Position numbers and translations under genes: made by a program
Origin: Bdellovibrionota bacterium
GTDB taxonomy: Bacteria; Bdellovibrionota_C; UBA2361; CALJRW01
Assembly: GCA_041740355.1 (NCBI GenBank)
Contig: JBGSMD010000039.1
Location: forward strand, 53,411-117,410
Reading direction: 5' to 3'
DNA length: 64,000 nt
Notes under the pieces: generated by a model
Databases searched by the model: none
What the model was told of the DNA's origin: nothing
The model's input: the letters and a program-made list of their open reading frames with translations, nothing else
Shown: piece after piece, positions 52,468 to 64,000 of the stretch
How positions within the stretch are numbered: position 1 is the stretch's first letter
Layout: every line of letters begins with the position of its first letter

Positions 52468-55400
52468 ATGGGTTTGGGTAAGACAACTATTAAAGATGAG
52501 CCTAGAGTCATCCCAACTAAACTAGTCTCTAGTTCAATTCTAGATTTATCCCATGAAAACTTAAGCACTACTAAAAATGATCAAATACCTATTAGTCGAG
52601 ATCACGATCAGGGATTAGCATCTAATCCAACTGCGGCGATAGCAACACTGACTTATCGGCTAGATCGAATTCACGCTTATTTGCACGGAGAAGATATCGA
52701 TCTACTAAAAGCCATCAAGCAAGTTCCAAAAGACGTTAGTTCTGCAAGCGAGGTAGATCAAGAAAAACTGTTAAAAACTTTTGAAATAACTCGAATTCAA
52801 TTAAATAGTTCAAGGTGTCAGCAATTAAGAAAATCTCCAGAATTTAGAGAGTCCTTAATAAATTTTGCAGGATTGATCACTAGCTATAAGGAAGATATTT
52901 CAGCAACAACTTCTAGTCGAGTTTCAACTGACTTATTAAGAGCAAGTCTACTTTCAACAGTTAACGATTTGGTAAATGCCATTGGTAAGCAGGAAATTTT
53001 TGCAGAGCCAAAAGCAGTAAGTATCAGTACAGCGAACATTAGAATACTAAATCAACTACCAATAAATACGCCTGACATCAAAGTCTCAGCAAAGCCGATT
53101 GAAATTAGCCCAGAAGAAGAAAAATTGATTTCAGCAATAACTACGGAATTACAGGTTGATCAAAGTGAACAAAGGCGTGTAACAATGTCTAATTCCGATC
53201 CCGTAGTAACAGGTTATGTAACAAAGGAGATTGGAGATAATTTATCAAGATATTTGCCTGCTCTCGAAGGTCAAGTGCCAGTTGATACTGCGGGAAACTT
53301 AGTAACTTTAACAGGATTTACCAAGGCTATAGACCGTCATAGTAATAATCGAGTACTTCAAACTGAAAATACTAAGGAGGAAACTTTACCGGTAAAGTTT
53401 CCTCAAAGTGGTGGACATGAAATCAACGTGGCAGTGCAATCAGATGGTCGCTTTATCGTTCCACAAAAACACCGAGTTCTGGCATTACATCCCGTAGGTG
53501 GTGCACCTGAGGGAATTGATACTTACCTAGTTCAACAAGATCTGGCTGGTACTTATCGTTTGGTCACAAGTGGCAATACCGCCCTGCCCTCAAGAATTAA
53601 CTGCGAGATAGCTAGACTCTACAATGATGGACGAACTCCCTTAACTGAAGAAACCGAACAAAAAATAACTGCTCTTAAATCAGTTTTTAAGAAAGGATTT
53701 TCCGTTGAGACGCAAGATATCATTGAAAGAGCATTATTAATTGAAGATAGAAAAGAGCGAGCGACATATGTTGTTTCCAGATTGAAATCATCCGAGTGGA
53801 TTTATACTAAAGATGTAGAATTTAAAAATATTACGGAACAAGCTGGTGATAAATTATTAACACTGCTAGGTGGAATGAAAGCTGGACACTGTCAGTATTT
53901 ATCATATTTTGTGAGTACAGTTTTAACTGCAGCTGAAGTGCCCTGTATTTATATTTCAGGGGATGTTGCTACCCGCAATAATGATCAAGTTGAGTTTCAA
54001 CAACCGGGACATGCCCAGATTAGAGTTCTTTTAGCGGAGGGCTCGGCTATTATTGATCCAACTTGTTGGGCACAAGATAAAAAATTTGATTTAGAAAATT
54101 TAAGTTCAGAATCTGCAAGCTTATTAGCTAAAATTAATACACTTGATAATGAGTCAATCAATAAGCTTGGAGAAGCAATTTCTAGGGAGTGTTTTACCGC
54201 AAATCCAGGGGGATCTTCCGCCGGACATAATATCGATGAGGATATAGTTGGATCTGGTCAGGCAATTGAGATAACGTCTTTAGATCGACTTGCAATTCGT
54301 AAGCGCTTAAATACAGTTGTTAAGGACTATCAGGACTCAGGAACAGTTTCAGGATTAATAAATTATATAGATAACAAATTCAATCATAGCCTCTTAGAAC
54401 GATTGATCCAAACAAATCAAGATGTGGATGGTAAAACACTAACGGCAGAAGGTCTTTTACTGATTGATTGTTTGGAGGCTGGTATTCAAGATGAGAAAGT
54501 TGAATATACGGATCGCTTAAAACTTTTGCGGATTGTTCAGCATCTGAGTCATACTAAGTTTAGTGATACTATTAATGCTGAATTTGAGACTAGGTTGGTT
54601 CAGGTTGCAAATCATGGTGAAATCACTCTAAAACCACATTTAATTGAAGAATCAACATTAATTAGGAATTCAAGTTTACATAATTTAAAAGAGTACAATG
54701 AGTTTCGACACATTACTCAAGATCGACGATTTAGTTTCTCAACCAGCGACAATTATGATCGAAATTCAACTTTTGCTAAGCACCTACAAGTAGCTATAAA
54801 TAATCCTGAACTGTTAGCCGTAGTCAAAGCGGCTCAATTAGCAGTATTAACTGGCAAAATTACAAGCAAGAATAATCCAGAAAAGTTGGAAGACAAGATA
54901 TACGAAGTACTATCCTCCACAAATGAGCTTTATGGAATTCTAGAAAACGGGATACATAGTAATAAAATGGATACTCGGATAGCAATTCGTTATCAAAATG
55001 AATTACTCGATGCGGTTGAAAATTTCTTTTCTGAAAATCACTTACCTCCTTACCAACTATTTATAAATGTTGGAGATCATCGATCACCATTTGGAAGAAT
55101 TGATTACACTAATCATCTTCGCAGCGGATTATCTCAAAGGACATATTTTAAAGAAGTTCTGGCTAATGATGGCACTATTAAGATCACTTCAGAGGTAAAA
55201 ACACTGCTTGAAAAAGAGGCCCTGAGCCTAATGCAGAAAAAGATGGCTGGAGGATTAGCATACTGCTTAGAGATCAAAAAAACTTATCTAGAATTTAATT
55301 TAAATGATATTAAGGATCAAGTTAGCGAACTGCTATTGGAAAGTTTTGTTGCTCGCGGAGCCCCATTAGTTAATTTTCCTAGACCAGAAAATTATCTAAG

Positions 55401-57042
55401 TAATTTTTTAGTTTGTCACGACAAGTCGATTAAGAAAGAAATTACAGCATGTATCTCTGAGTTTATTGATAATGGTTTGTTCGATAGTAGCTTAGATAAA
55501 TTTGAGGGAGTATGGTTAAAACTAAATGAAGGACAAGCAGTACCAGAGAGTCAGTTACAGGAAAAATTATTTCGAAACGGGACAATTGTCCGCGGGACTG
55601 ATTATCACAGATTGATAATCGATAATTCAATCGATGGGAAAGATAAAAGTTTACTTTCCATTTCAAATTTTGCTGGAGTGATGATGCACTATTACCCAGA
55701 AGAATTTTCAAAGATGTTAGCTCCTGATCAGGCTCTATATTTTGATTATTTTAAAGATTTGGATTTCCATAATAACGCCACTGAAGAGCTAGAAAATTGG
55801 AGGAGCAGAGACCTAGAATCATTCCAAGCATTTGGTAAAGAACTGGCAAATTTTGTTTCTGGTAATAATGAAGCTGCAAAATTATCATTTGCTTCTCTAC
55901 GAAACCAAACTGAACAAATTCTTAGGGAAGAGATAATAAACTTTGATCTTAAAGCAATGGATGCTGAACGTGCTTTAAGTACCCTATTTCTAAAATTAAA
56001 TCAGGATGACTTTGAAAAATGTTTGGCAAGTATCGCTACAGGAAATCAAGATAGTACGCAGCAGGTTATAGATGCTAATTTTGATGCCACTTTGAGTAAT
56101 TCTGTTGATTGCCGAGTTTTACAATATATAGCTATTAGGCAAGCAACTGGACATATCTTAGAGACTCCCTGTCAGCGAATTAGAACGAATAAAGCGAAGC
56201 TTACTCCTCAGCAATTAGTAGAACTTGCAACTCTTCCCGACAATCAAAAGGCAAGTTATGCAATTTTCTCAATACCTAATCCTGCTGCCGTTAACGATAC
56301 TCCACTTGCAAATAGCGATCGTCAGTCGTCAAGTTCTGGAGGACTCCCAAATACTATGAGTAATTCCAAACAAATTAATTCCGTATTAAAAGTTGACACC
56401 ATCAGCCCGACTAGGAGTAGTATGGGAGGCAGTGAGATTGTTGGATCAAGAGAATATCAACCAGGTGATAATGTAAGAGATTTAAATTATAAGTTGATGG
56501 CCAGAAATCCTGATAAGGCTTGGGTTAAAGCTTATGGCAATGATAGTTCGCCTGAGAATTATAGATCTTCTAAGGTACATTTAGATCTAGAGTTTTTAGT
56601 TAATGACCCTAAAGCTAAAGGCGATTTAGTAATTGCAACTTTGGTAAGAGAAGTTCGAAAAAAGGAATCCGTTGATTTTAAAATGTTTTACCGAGGCTAT
56701 GAATTGCCAACATCATATGAAAGTTTAAGTTTACAAAGAATGTTTAAGGATCCGAGGGACCCTTCTTCTTTCCAATCGGGAGTTGCTAAAATTAGACATG
56801 AATTTGCTGAGGCAATTATTCTGATTAAGGAAATCGATCGCGAAGAAAGCAAACGTTCAGTTGAGCGCCAGAATGCTTTTCAAGCTTCAAATATTACCGA
56901 AGAATTTTCTAGTCGAACTTCTGATCCCAGAAAGACAAAAGTTATTGCTTTTTGTGCGGCTAAAAATAGAACCAAGTCTCATCAAATATACCAAGAATGG
57001 GCCAAAAGCACTGGCTGTATTATCGATCTGAATAGTGTTTAA
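52468..57042 (+). CDS. Large transglutaminase-like protein with a C-terminal DUF58-like domain
   Basis: Triad GHCQYLS / PGHAQI / IIDPT; C-terminal GSEIVGSREYQPGDNVRDLNYKLMAR. Confidence 0.75.
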   Translation: MGLGKTTIKDEPRVIPTKLVSSSILDLSHENLSTTKNDQIPISRDHDQGLASNPTAAIATLTYRLDRIHAYLHGEDIDLLKAIKQVPKDVSSASEVDQEKLLKTFEITRIQLNSSRCQQLRKSPEFRESLINFAGLITSYKEDISATTSSRVSTDLLRASLLSTVNDLVNAIGKQEIFAEPKAVSISTANIRILNQLPINTPDIKVSAKPIEISPEEEKLISAITTELQVDQSEQRRVTMSNSDPVVTGYVTKEIGDNLSRYLPALEGQVPVDTAGNLVTLTGFTKAIDRHSNNRVLQTENTKEETLPVKFPQSGGHEINVAVQSDGRFIVPQKHRVLALHPVGGAPEGIDTYLVQQDLAGTYRLVTSGNTALPSRINCEIARLYNDGRTPLTEETEQKITALKSVFKKGFSVETQDIIERALLIEDRKERATYVVSRLKSSEWIYTKDVEFKNITEQAGDKLLTLLGGMKAGHCQYLSYFVSTVLTAAEVPCIYISGDVATRNNDQVEFQQPGHAQIRVLLAEGSAIIDPTCWAQDKKFDLENLSSESASLLAKINTLDNESINKLGEAISRECFTANPGGSSAGHNIDEDIVGSGQAIEITSLDRLAIRKRLNTVVKDYQDSGTVSGLINYIDNKFNHSLLERLIQTNQDVDGKTLTAEGLLLIDCLEAGIQDEKVEYTDRLKLLRIVQHLSHTKFSDTINAEFETRLVQVANHGEITLKPHLIEESTLIRNSSLHNLKEYNEFRHITQDRRFSFSTSDNYDRNSTFAKHLQVAINNPELLAVVKAAQLAVLTGKITSKNNPEKLEDKIYEVLSSTNELYGILENGIHSNKMDTRIAIRYQNELLDAVENFFSENHLPPYQLFINVGDHRSPFGRIDYTNHLRSGLSQRTYFKEVLANDGTIKITSEVKTLLEKEALSLMQKKMAGGLAYCLEIKKTYLEFNLNDIKDQVSELLLESFVARGAPLVNFPRPENYLSNFLVCHDKSIKKEITACISEFIDNGLFDSSLDKFEGVWLKLNEGQAVPESQLQEKLFRNGTIVRGTDYHRLIIDNSIDGKDKSLLSISNFAGVMMHYYPEEFSKMLAPDQALYFDYFKDLDFHNNATEELENWRSRDLESFQAFGKELANFVSGNNEAAKLSFASLRNQTEQILREEIINFDLKAMDAERALSTLFLKLNQDDFEKCLASIATGNQDSTQQVIDANFDATLSNSVDCRVLQYIAIRQATGHILETPCQRIRTNKAKLTPQQLVELATLPDNQKASYAIFSIPNPAAVNDTPLANSDRQSSSSGGLPNTMSNSKQINSVLKVDTISPTRSSMGGSEIVGSREYQPGDNVRDLNYKLMARNPDKAWVKAYGNDSSPENYRSSKVHLDLEFLVNDPKAKGDLVIATLVREVRKKESVDFKMFYRGYELPTSYESLSLQRMFKDPRDPSSFQSGVAKIRHEFAEAIILIKEIDREESKRSVERQNAFQASNITEEFSSRTSDPRKTKVIAFCAAKNRTKSHQIYQEWAKSTGCIIDLNSV

Positions 57043-57064
57043 TGCAAAGTGGACTTCACTTTGA

Positions 57065-57096
57065 CTTCTTCTTTCGCTAAAAATATTTAGGACAAG
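57065..57096 (+). repeat. Degenerate copy of the 20188-20219 REP-like unit
   Basis: CTTCTTCTTTCGCTAAAAATATTTAGGACAAG versus CTTCCACCTTCGCTAAAGCTACGGCGGACAAG. Confidence 0.45.
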
Positions 57097-57359
57097 TCGG
57101 CGGAAAAGAAATGCAAATAGTTTTTAAGTGGTTTAGTATCTTTATTTTCAGCAGTAATTAACCATATTTCATAACTTTATTACTCTAGCGACCCCTAGGA
57201 ATCTATTCCAACAGATTGTGTTTGCTATAATATGAAACTAAATTTAAAACGGTAATTTTAAATGTTGCCAACTATATTTAATCTACATACAGTTTAGCAA
57301 TATTAACTATGAGCATCTCGTGATACTACTATTGGATAGTTTTAGTTAAGAAGTTAATA

Positions 57360-58472
57360 TTGATGACAAAAAATGATATCTCGCAAGAATCAAATAGTTT
57401 TAATTCTTATTTAGTATTTATTGTTGCATTACTTTTTGCTTTTAGCTTTCTATACTTATTTGTTGATCAATATGCCAATGGTAATTGGACAACATTGTTA
57501 ACAACTTCTCCAGGATCAGGACCAATGGCTGACTGGATTGAACAAGATCTGGGTCAAACTCCATACCCAACTAATCCCCATGATGGGCAGTTTTCATATA
57601 TCATTGCAAGGAATGGATTAAATTGTGGCATAATTTGCCAATACTTTGATGATCCAGCTTATCGAATAAAAAGAATTCTTTATCCACTAATATCGGGGGG
57701 GGGTGGCTATTTTTCTAGCAAAATTACTTTCCTGCTACTGATATCCTATCAATTAATTTTCTTTGCTTTAGCTGCTACTTATTTCAATAGGATTTTAAAA
57801 TTAAAGCAATACTCAAAATACTTACTTATATTCTGGTTTCTAAGTCCTGGACTTTTGCTCTCAATGCGAATTTTAAATTGCGAGATTCTAGCTGTAGCAC
57901 TAAGCTTCATGGCAATTTATTATTTTCTAGTTGGTGATTATAAAGTCACTTTACTTTTGTTAACATTAACGATTCTAAGTAAGGAAGTTTATTTTTCAAC
58001 GGCCTGCAGTTTGGCCTGTTATGAGCTTTTTGTTAATCGAAGTTGGAAGAAAAGTTTAAGTTTTTTATTTATACCGTTAGTTTTACCAATGATTTGGTAT
58101 TCATATTTAAGTTTTATTTATGGAATGTCAAATCCATTAAGAAGTAATTTTACTTGGCCATTTGTTGGAATTTTTGAGAGCTCTAAGATTTGGAGTTTGG
58201 GTATCGAAGAACTAGAATTAGTTTTCTTCTCACTATTAGTTTTGATTCTAGGATTACTGCTTACTTGTTTCAGTAAGCTCACTCTTTGGAGCTACCTAAT
58301 TATACCTTGGATTTTAATAGCTATTTGCGCATCTAGCTGGATTTGGATTTTTGGAAATAATTCAGTTCGTTCGTTTACAATTATTTTCTATTTTTTCTTA
58401 TTACTCATTGGCGAATGCCTAAAAAATAGAAAATTAATTTTAGATATCTCATCTAATTCAAAGCAGACTTAG
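57360..58472 (+). CDS. Polytopic membrane protein, GT-C-like (AZOBR_p60025-like glycopolymer formation protein)
   Basis: HDGQFSYIIA, DDPAYRIKRILYP, SKE, many TM helices. Confidence 0.65.
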   Translation: MMTKNDISQESNSFNSYLVFIVALLFAFSFLYLFVDQYANGNWTTLLTTSPGSGPMADWIEQDLGQTPYPTNPHDGQFSYIIARNGLNCGIICQYFDDPAYRIKRILYPLISGGGGYFSSKITFLLLISYQLIFFALAATYFNRILKLKQYSKYLLIFWFLSPGLLLSMRILNCEILAVALSFMAIYYFLVGDYKVTLLLLTLTILSKEVYFSTACSLACYELFVNRSWKKSLSFLFIPLVLPMIWYSYLSFIYGMSNPLRSNFTWPFVGIFESSKIWSLGIEELELVFFSLLVLILGLLLTCFSKLTLWSYLIIPWILIAICASSWIWIFGNNSVRSFTIIFYFFLLLIGECLKNRKLILDISSNSKQT

Positions 58473-58627
58473 ATTCATTTTCTGTAAGGCAAGTGAGTCC
58501 TAAAATAAAAAAAGAATATTAATTTACTCAAAAAACAAGTTATTTTTAAGTTTAATTAAGGATCTATATTAAACTTAAATTATCCTTAGAACTGTGTTCT
58601 TGCTCTAGAGGCGAGATTAGCCTGATA

Positions 58628-58661
58628 CAAAAGTAGGACTTAGAGTTGCCCCTAAGTCCTA
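58628..58661 (-). terminator. Rho-independent terminator of the collagen gene
   Basis: Minus strand TAGGACTTAG-gggcaact-CTAAGTCCTA followed by CTTTT. Confidence 0.6.
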
Positions 58662-58697
58662 ACTGTCTTGGAAGATGCCAAGATTTGAATAGTTCAA

Positions 58698-59916
<1,219 letters not shown>

Positions 59917-60071
59917 TAGATTGTATTTTAAGGCATTTTAATCAGGCAAAAATATAATAACAGTTAGAAAGATGTCTATTTTATAAATAATGAAAGTACT
60001 ATTATAATCACTTGACCAAAGACAAACTTTCAAATCAACTTAAATGTAAAAATTTATTTTTTAAATTTACT

Positions 60072-61259
60072 TTATCTATACTCTTTTAATAATTTACATT
60101 TCACTTCAGAAGATTCGTAAGTATTAACTGAATCAGAAATCACAGCTTTGATAAACTTAGTTTTGGTCCCCCTACGAACACTAAATTTTCTTGATTGTTC
60201 GTCCACAATTATGTTTTTTAAAATACTAACTTTATTTTTAATTCGAGAGTAAAATTCTACGGTGTTTTCTGGAGAAAAATCTACTAACTCGGCAGTAAAT
60301 TTACAGCTATTAGATTTCAACTTATTCTTCAGGACGACACTTGGCAAAATCTCAATAACAGATTCCCCGCGATAACTGGCAACAAAGTTTTGACTTTGTT
60401 TTAATGTTTTAACATTATCAGTATTTTCAGTACCAATATTTAAGCCCTGATAAGTTAACAGCGGCGATGAGAAATATGGAATCAATCCTCCAGGAACAAA
60501 AGCCATTACGGTTCTGAGTTCTACTCCTTGATTAAGAAAACGATAGCCATATGAATAATTAAAAAGTCCCGGATTGGGCGCGTTTACCAAATCATGGTTG
60601 GCACCAAGATTATGCCCTAGCTCATGTGCAAAAACCCAATCTTCACAAATTGGATTTAATGAAACGATTTGGTATCCATAAAATTCGGAATACTCATTAA
60701 ATGCTTCCAGTTGGAATGCCATTCCACAATGTTTATTATCGGAAGTATGACTGACTAGTAAGGAAACAAGATCCGCCTGATGTTCATCTCGTAGCTCTTG
60801 TAAAGCAAAATTATTAACGGCTTGATGTAATTCTGCCTCAGCATCATTAATTTCATTCACAGGACTGGGCAATAGCGCCACACTCTTCACACGAAGTCTC
60901 AATTTGGAATTTATAAATATCTGATTTGCTTTCGCAACAATCTGATCTACTTCTTGTTGTAGGATATCAAGATTTAAATATTGCTGAAGTATTTCAGGAG
61001 AATAAACAAACAAAACTTCAATTAAATTATATTGAGTTCCAACTAGCTCAGAATAAGGAACTAGATCTTGTTTCTCACGAGCAAATTCCGGAACTCGTAC
61101 AGACTGCCGATCGATAGTTAAATCTTCGGAGAAAGAAATTGAATATGAAGATAATATAAAACAGATAAAAATAATAAATCTGAAATAAATAGGCATGATT
61201 TTTTCTTCAAATAACTTAGACTTTATATTCGATGACAACTTTAGTCTCACCTCTTCCAA
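60072..61259 (-). CDS. Reprolysin-like (M12B) zinc metallopeptidase, exported
   Basis: ADLVSLL, CGMA, HELGHNLGANHD, Met-turn TVMA. Confidence 0.88.
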   Translation of the reverse strand: MEEVRLKLSSNIKSKLFEEKIMPIYFRFIIFICFILSSYSISFSEDLTIDRQSVRVPEFAREKQDLVPYSELVGTQYNLIEVLFVYSPEILQQYLNLDILQQEVDQIVAKANQIFINSKLRLRVKSVALLPSPVNEINDAEAELHQAVNNFALQELRDEHQADLVSLLVSHTSDNKHCGMAFQLEAFNEYSEFYGYQIVSLNPICEDWVFAHELGHNLGANHDLVNAPNPGLFNYSYGYRFLNQGVELRTVMAFVPGGLIPYFSSPLLTYQGLNIGTENTDNVKTLKQSQNFVASYRGESVIEILPSVVLKNKLKSNSCKFTAELVDFSPENTVEFYSRIKNKVSILKNIIVDEQSRKFSVRRGTKTKFIKAVISDSVNTYESSEVKCKLLKEYR

Positions 61260-61947
61260 AATTTAATCAGAATTACTTACTATGTTCTTATTAATAGTCG
61301 AATAATAAATCTGCTTTAATCTCAAAAGATAAAAAAACAAGTATGCTGAAAAAGCAGTATTTATCTACCAACTAGTAAGCAATATCTTCGGCAAAGTTGG
61401 CAGCTTTGTTGCATAAATTTTAGGATTATACATTAAAGGTTTTTTATATATCCTAATAAGGATATTTTAATGCTTAATTCTTAATTAATAAATACCCTAC
61501 CTTGATCGAGTTTAATATTTTTCATTAAACCACCCTCAGGATTAATAAAATCCATAAAGTATGAACTAAGGCTAATCTCTTTGTTGCTAAGGTTTACTAT
61601 TGCTATAATTGCATTTATAGCAACAATTTATAACACTGCCTTTAATGAACAGAAAGTTATGTCTTCCTAATTTTTTGCTCATTTTAAAGTTTGAAGATTT
61701 GTATAATACGGAATACACCTAATAGCAGAATATTAACTAATCGAGGAATGGAAATTTAATGCTTTAATTATACTGAATTAACTAGCTTCTAATCATAAAT
61801 AATTTCAGATCACTTCTATACTCTTATTAAATCAACATTAAAGGATTTGACTCTTTTGGCAATAAAAATCACTTGTATGTTCGTTGTCATATCGAATCTC
61901 AACTAATAAATCTAAATTACCATCACTTTTAAAATGGAGAATTTACG

Positions 61948-63531
61948 ATGAATAATTTATTAAACTTTCAACATGCTCTCTTTGGGCTCGGAGTGCTAAC
62001 AAGTTTAGCAATCAGCCCACTCAGAAGTCATGCCGAACCAATCGTTGCAGTAACAAATACTAATCAATTAATTAGTTTTGATAGTGCAACTCCTGGAACA
62101 CTCGATAGCAGCGTTAGCATTAGTGGCTTAGCTTTGGGAGAAGTAATCTTAGGCTTAGATTATCGCCCAGCAACTGGTGATTTATTAGCTTTGGCAAATT
62201 CTAACAGATTATACAACCTAGATGCGACAACAGGTGTTGCAACTCAAGTTGGACCTGATGGAGTATTTAGTTTAAGCGGCGTAAACTTTGGTTTTGATTT
62301 TAATCCCTTAGTCGATCGGACAAGAGTGGTTAGTGATACTGAACAAAATCTTAGACTTAATCCTAATGATGGAAGTTTAACTGCGACTGATACTAATTTG
62401 GCATACGCTGTTGGTGATGTAAACACTGCGGCAAACCCAAATATTGTTGGTTCTGCTTACAGTAATAACTTTGCTGGGACAACGTCTACCGTGCTTTTTG
62501 GAATTGATTCTAATTTGGATATCTTAGTAGATCAAACTCCTGCAAATAGTGGGATTTTAAATACTATTGGTAGCTTAGGTGTAGATACTTCAAACCTTGT
62601 TGGTTTTGATATCTCTACTGCAAATCCAGTTTCCCCAACAAATGCTGCTTATGCAGTAATGAATGTTGGTGCAAACTACAATTTGTATGGAATAAATCTA
62701 ACTACTGGCGCAGCTAGCTTAATTGGAGCAGTTGGAAATGGAACTACTTCAATTCAGTCTTTGGCAGTTATTACCTGTAATTCTAATGTATCTATTAATG
62801 ATGTAATTATCTACGAAGGTGACTTAGGCACTCAAGATGTATTGTTTACAGCAAGCTTAGCACGTGATTGTGGAAGAACTGTTACTGTTGATTATAATAC
62901 AAATAGTGGAACGGCGACAGCAGAAGAAGACTTCTTATCTGAAGTAGGAACTTTAGTCTTTGACCCAAATGAAATGTATCAAACCGTTTTTGTTACAGTA
63001 GCTGGAGATACTACATCTGAAGCCGATGAAACATTTAGTGTGAATCTAAGTAATGCAGTACAGGCTAAGATTGAAGATAATATTGGTGTTGGTACAATTC
63101 TAAATGATGATTTACCTGTTGTAATTTCAACAGATATTAGCATTGATAAAAATGCTAATCGTCGTGTCAAAGTAGGTAGTAAATTAATCTACAGCTTTAC
63201 TGCTAGTAACTTAGGAACAATAAACGCGACTAATGTGATGTTAAGAGATGAAATGCCAAGAGGTACGCGTTTCTTAAGATTAAGATCTAGCCAAGGTAAT
63301 TGTATAACCCCATCAAGAAATAGAAATGGTACGATCGAATGTAATCTTGGAACACTTGCTCCAGGGGCATCTGCAACTTTAATTTTAAAAGTTAAAGTTA
63401 ACGGAAGACCAAAAAGAAACTTAGAGAATACTGCAATAGTTGAATCGACTACTGCAGATAGTGATTTAAGTAATAACTCTGATACTGTGATCACAAGAGT
63501 GAAAACAGGTGATGATGATAGAAATGATTAA
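61948..63531 (+). CDS. Exported DUF4394 + Calx-beta + DUF11 protein
   Basis: GLDYRPATG, GFDFNPLVDR, AYSNN; EGD...GTATAEEDF...EADETF...GTILNDD; N.G...ATNV...D..P...DSDLSNN. Confidence 0.85.
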   Translation: MNNLLNFQHALFGLGVLTSLAISPLRSHAEPIVAVTNTNQLISFDSATPGTLDSSVSISGLALGEVILGLDYRPATGDLLALANSNRLYNLDATTGVATQVGPDGVFSLSGVNFGFDFNPLVDRTRVVSDTEQNLRLNPNDGSLTATDTNLAYAVGDVNTAANPNIVGSAYSNNFAGTTSTVLFGIDSNLDILVDQTPANSGILNTIGSLGVDTSNLVGFDISTANPVSPTNAAYAVMNVGANYNLYGINLTTGAASLIGAVGNGTTSIQSLAVITCNSNVSINDVIIYEGDLGTQDVLFTASLARDCGRTVTVDYNTNSGTATAEEDFLSEVGTLVFDPNEMYQTVFVTVAGDTTSEADETFSVNLSNAVQAKIEDNIGVGTILNDDLPVVISTDISIDKNANRRVKVGSKLIYSFTASNLGTINATNVMLRDEMPRGTRFLRLRSSQGNCITPSRNRNGTIECNLGTLAPGASATLILKVKVNGRPKRNLENTAIVESTTADSDLSNNSDTVITRVKTGDDDRND

Positions 63532-63689
63532 TTAACTTGCTAATAATTACTTACTATCGGAGTAGCAACTGCTGCTCCGGTAGTTTTCAGTTTTGACAAC
63601 GTAGTGTCACTCTTAAACTTCAGATAACCATCCGTTAATAAAAAATTATAAATATAAAATGTAACCTTAAAACCGAAATCTCCATCCCC

Positions 63690-63822
63690 CTCAATAACAC
63701 TAAACCATTGCTTTCTTAGACCCCTTATCAATACCCGCTCCTCATAACTTAAGTGCTTGTATTCTCTTTTCATAACACCTCATGATCATTTTAATAAAGT
63801 GTTGCAACTTAAACTTGAATCC
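63690..63822 (-). mobile_element. IS30-family remnant (left inverted repeat and truncated transposase N-terminus)
   Basis: MKREYKHLSYEERVLI HTH start at 63773, preceded by GGATTCAAGTTTAAGTTGCAACACT, which resembles IS30 ends; similarity is lost after about 28 codons. Confidence 0.6.
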
Positions 63823-63865
63823 TGCTACCGAAAATATTTTCGGAAATCCGGTTAGGGTTAGTATA

Positions 63866-64000
63866 TAGTAATGACAAAAAATAATTTACGTTAGTAAATT
63901 GAATAGAGTCATTACGGCTAATGCAAATCTTGGTTTTATCCAAGTTTGCATAGCTAAAAACAACATTAATAGTGAGTTCAAGCAAAATCGTTAATCATTT
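63866..64000 (-). mobile_element. MITE copy 3 (inverted, truncated by window end)
   Basis: TA at 63864-65, then TAGTAATGACAAAAAATAATTTACG..., the reverse complement of copy 2. Confidence 0.9.

Noticed and set aside
58649-58659. CCCTAAGTC match to the tRNA-Thr 3' region as an island attR
   Set aside because: Only 9 bp, part of a terminator stem, and no integrase nearby; likely chance
63540-63773. 77-aa ORF as a functional gene
   Set aside because: Only the first 28 or so residues resemble an IS30 transposase; the rest is read-through into unrelated sequence

Overview
AT-rich bacterial chromosomal window with standard genetic code; the housekeeping proteins look deltaproteobacterial/Bdellovibrionota-like, but that assignment is tentative. 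Contents from left to right: a partial metallophosphoesterase and lepA; a polysaccharide cluster (galE-like, UDP-GlcA decarboxylase, ugd, wcaJ-like, four glycosyltransferases) interrupted by a hicAB pair whose toxin is split by a TA-duplicating MITE; an orphan VirD4-like coupling ATPase; tRNA-Leu and yebC; a defence island (AbiEi/AbiEii, type I RM, C39-like peptidase, decayed wHTH gene); dus and feoAB; a tandem double-MoxR AAA+ protein; a translationally coupled shikimate operon with CM-PDT-DAHPS and AroB-AroA fusions; tRNA-Thr; and a surface/secreted-protein region (two paralogous GxT collagens, a 1524-aa transglutaminase-DUF58 protein, a GT-C-like protein with a G9 tract, an M12B peptidase, a DUF4394/Calx-beta/DUF11 protein) ending in an IS30 remnant. 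The most notable unannotated structures are a 106-bp integration scar at the lepA start carrying a synonymously recoded copy of its first 14 codons, and at least three families of short palindromic mobile repeats, one of them inserted in frame in hsdS. No CRISPR array or rRNA was seen. All family assignments come from motif recognition, not database searches.
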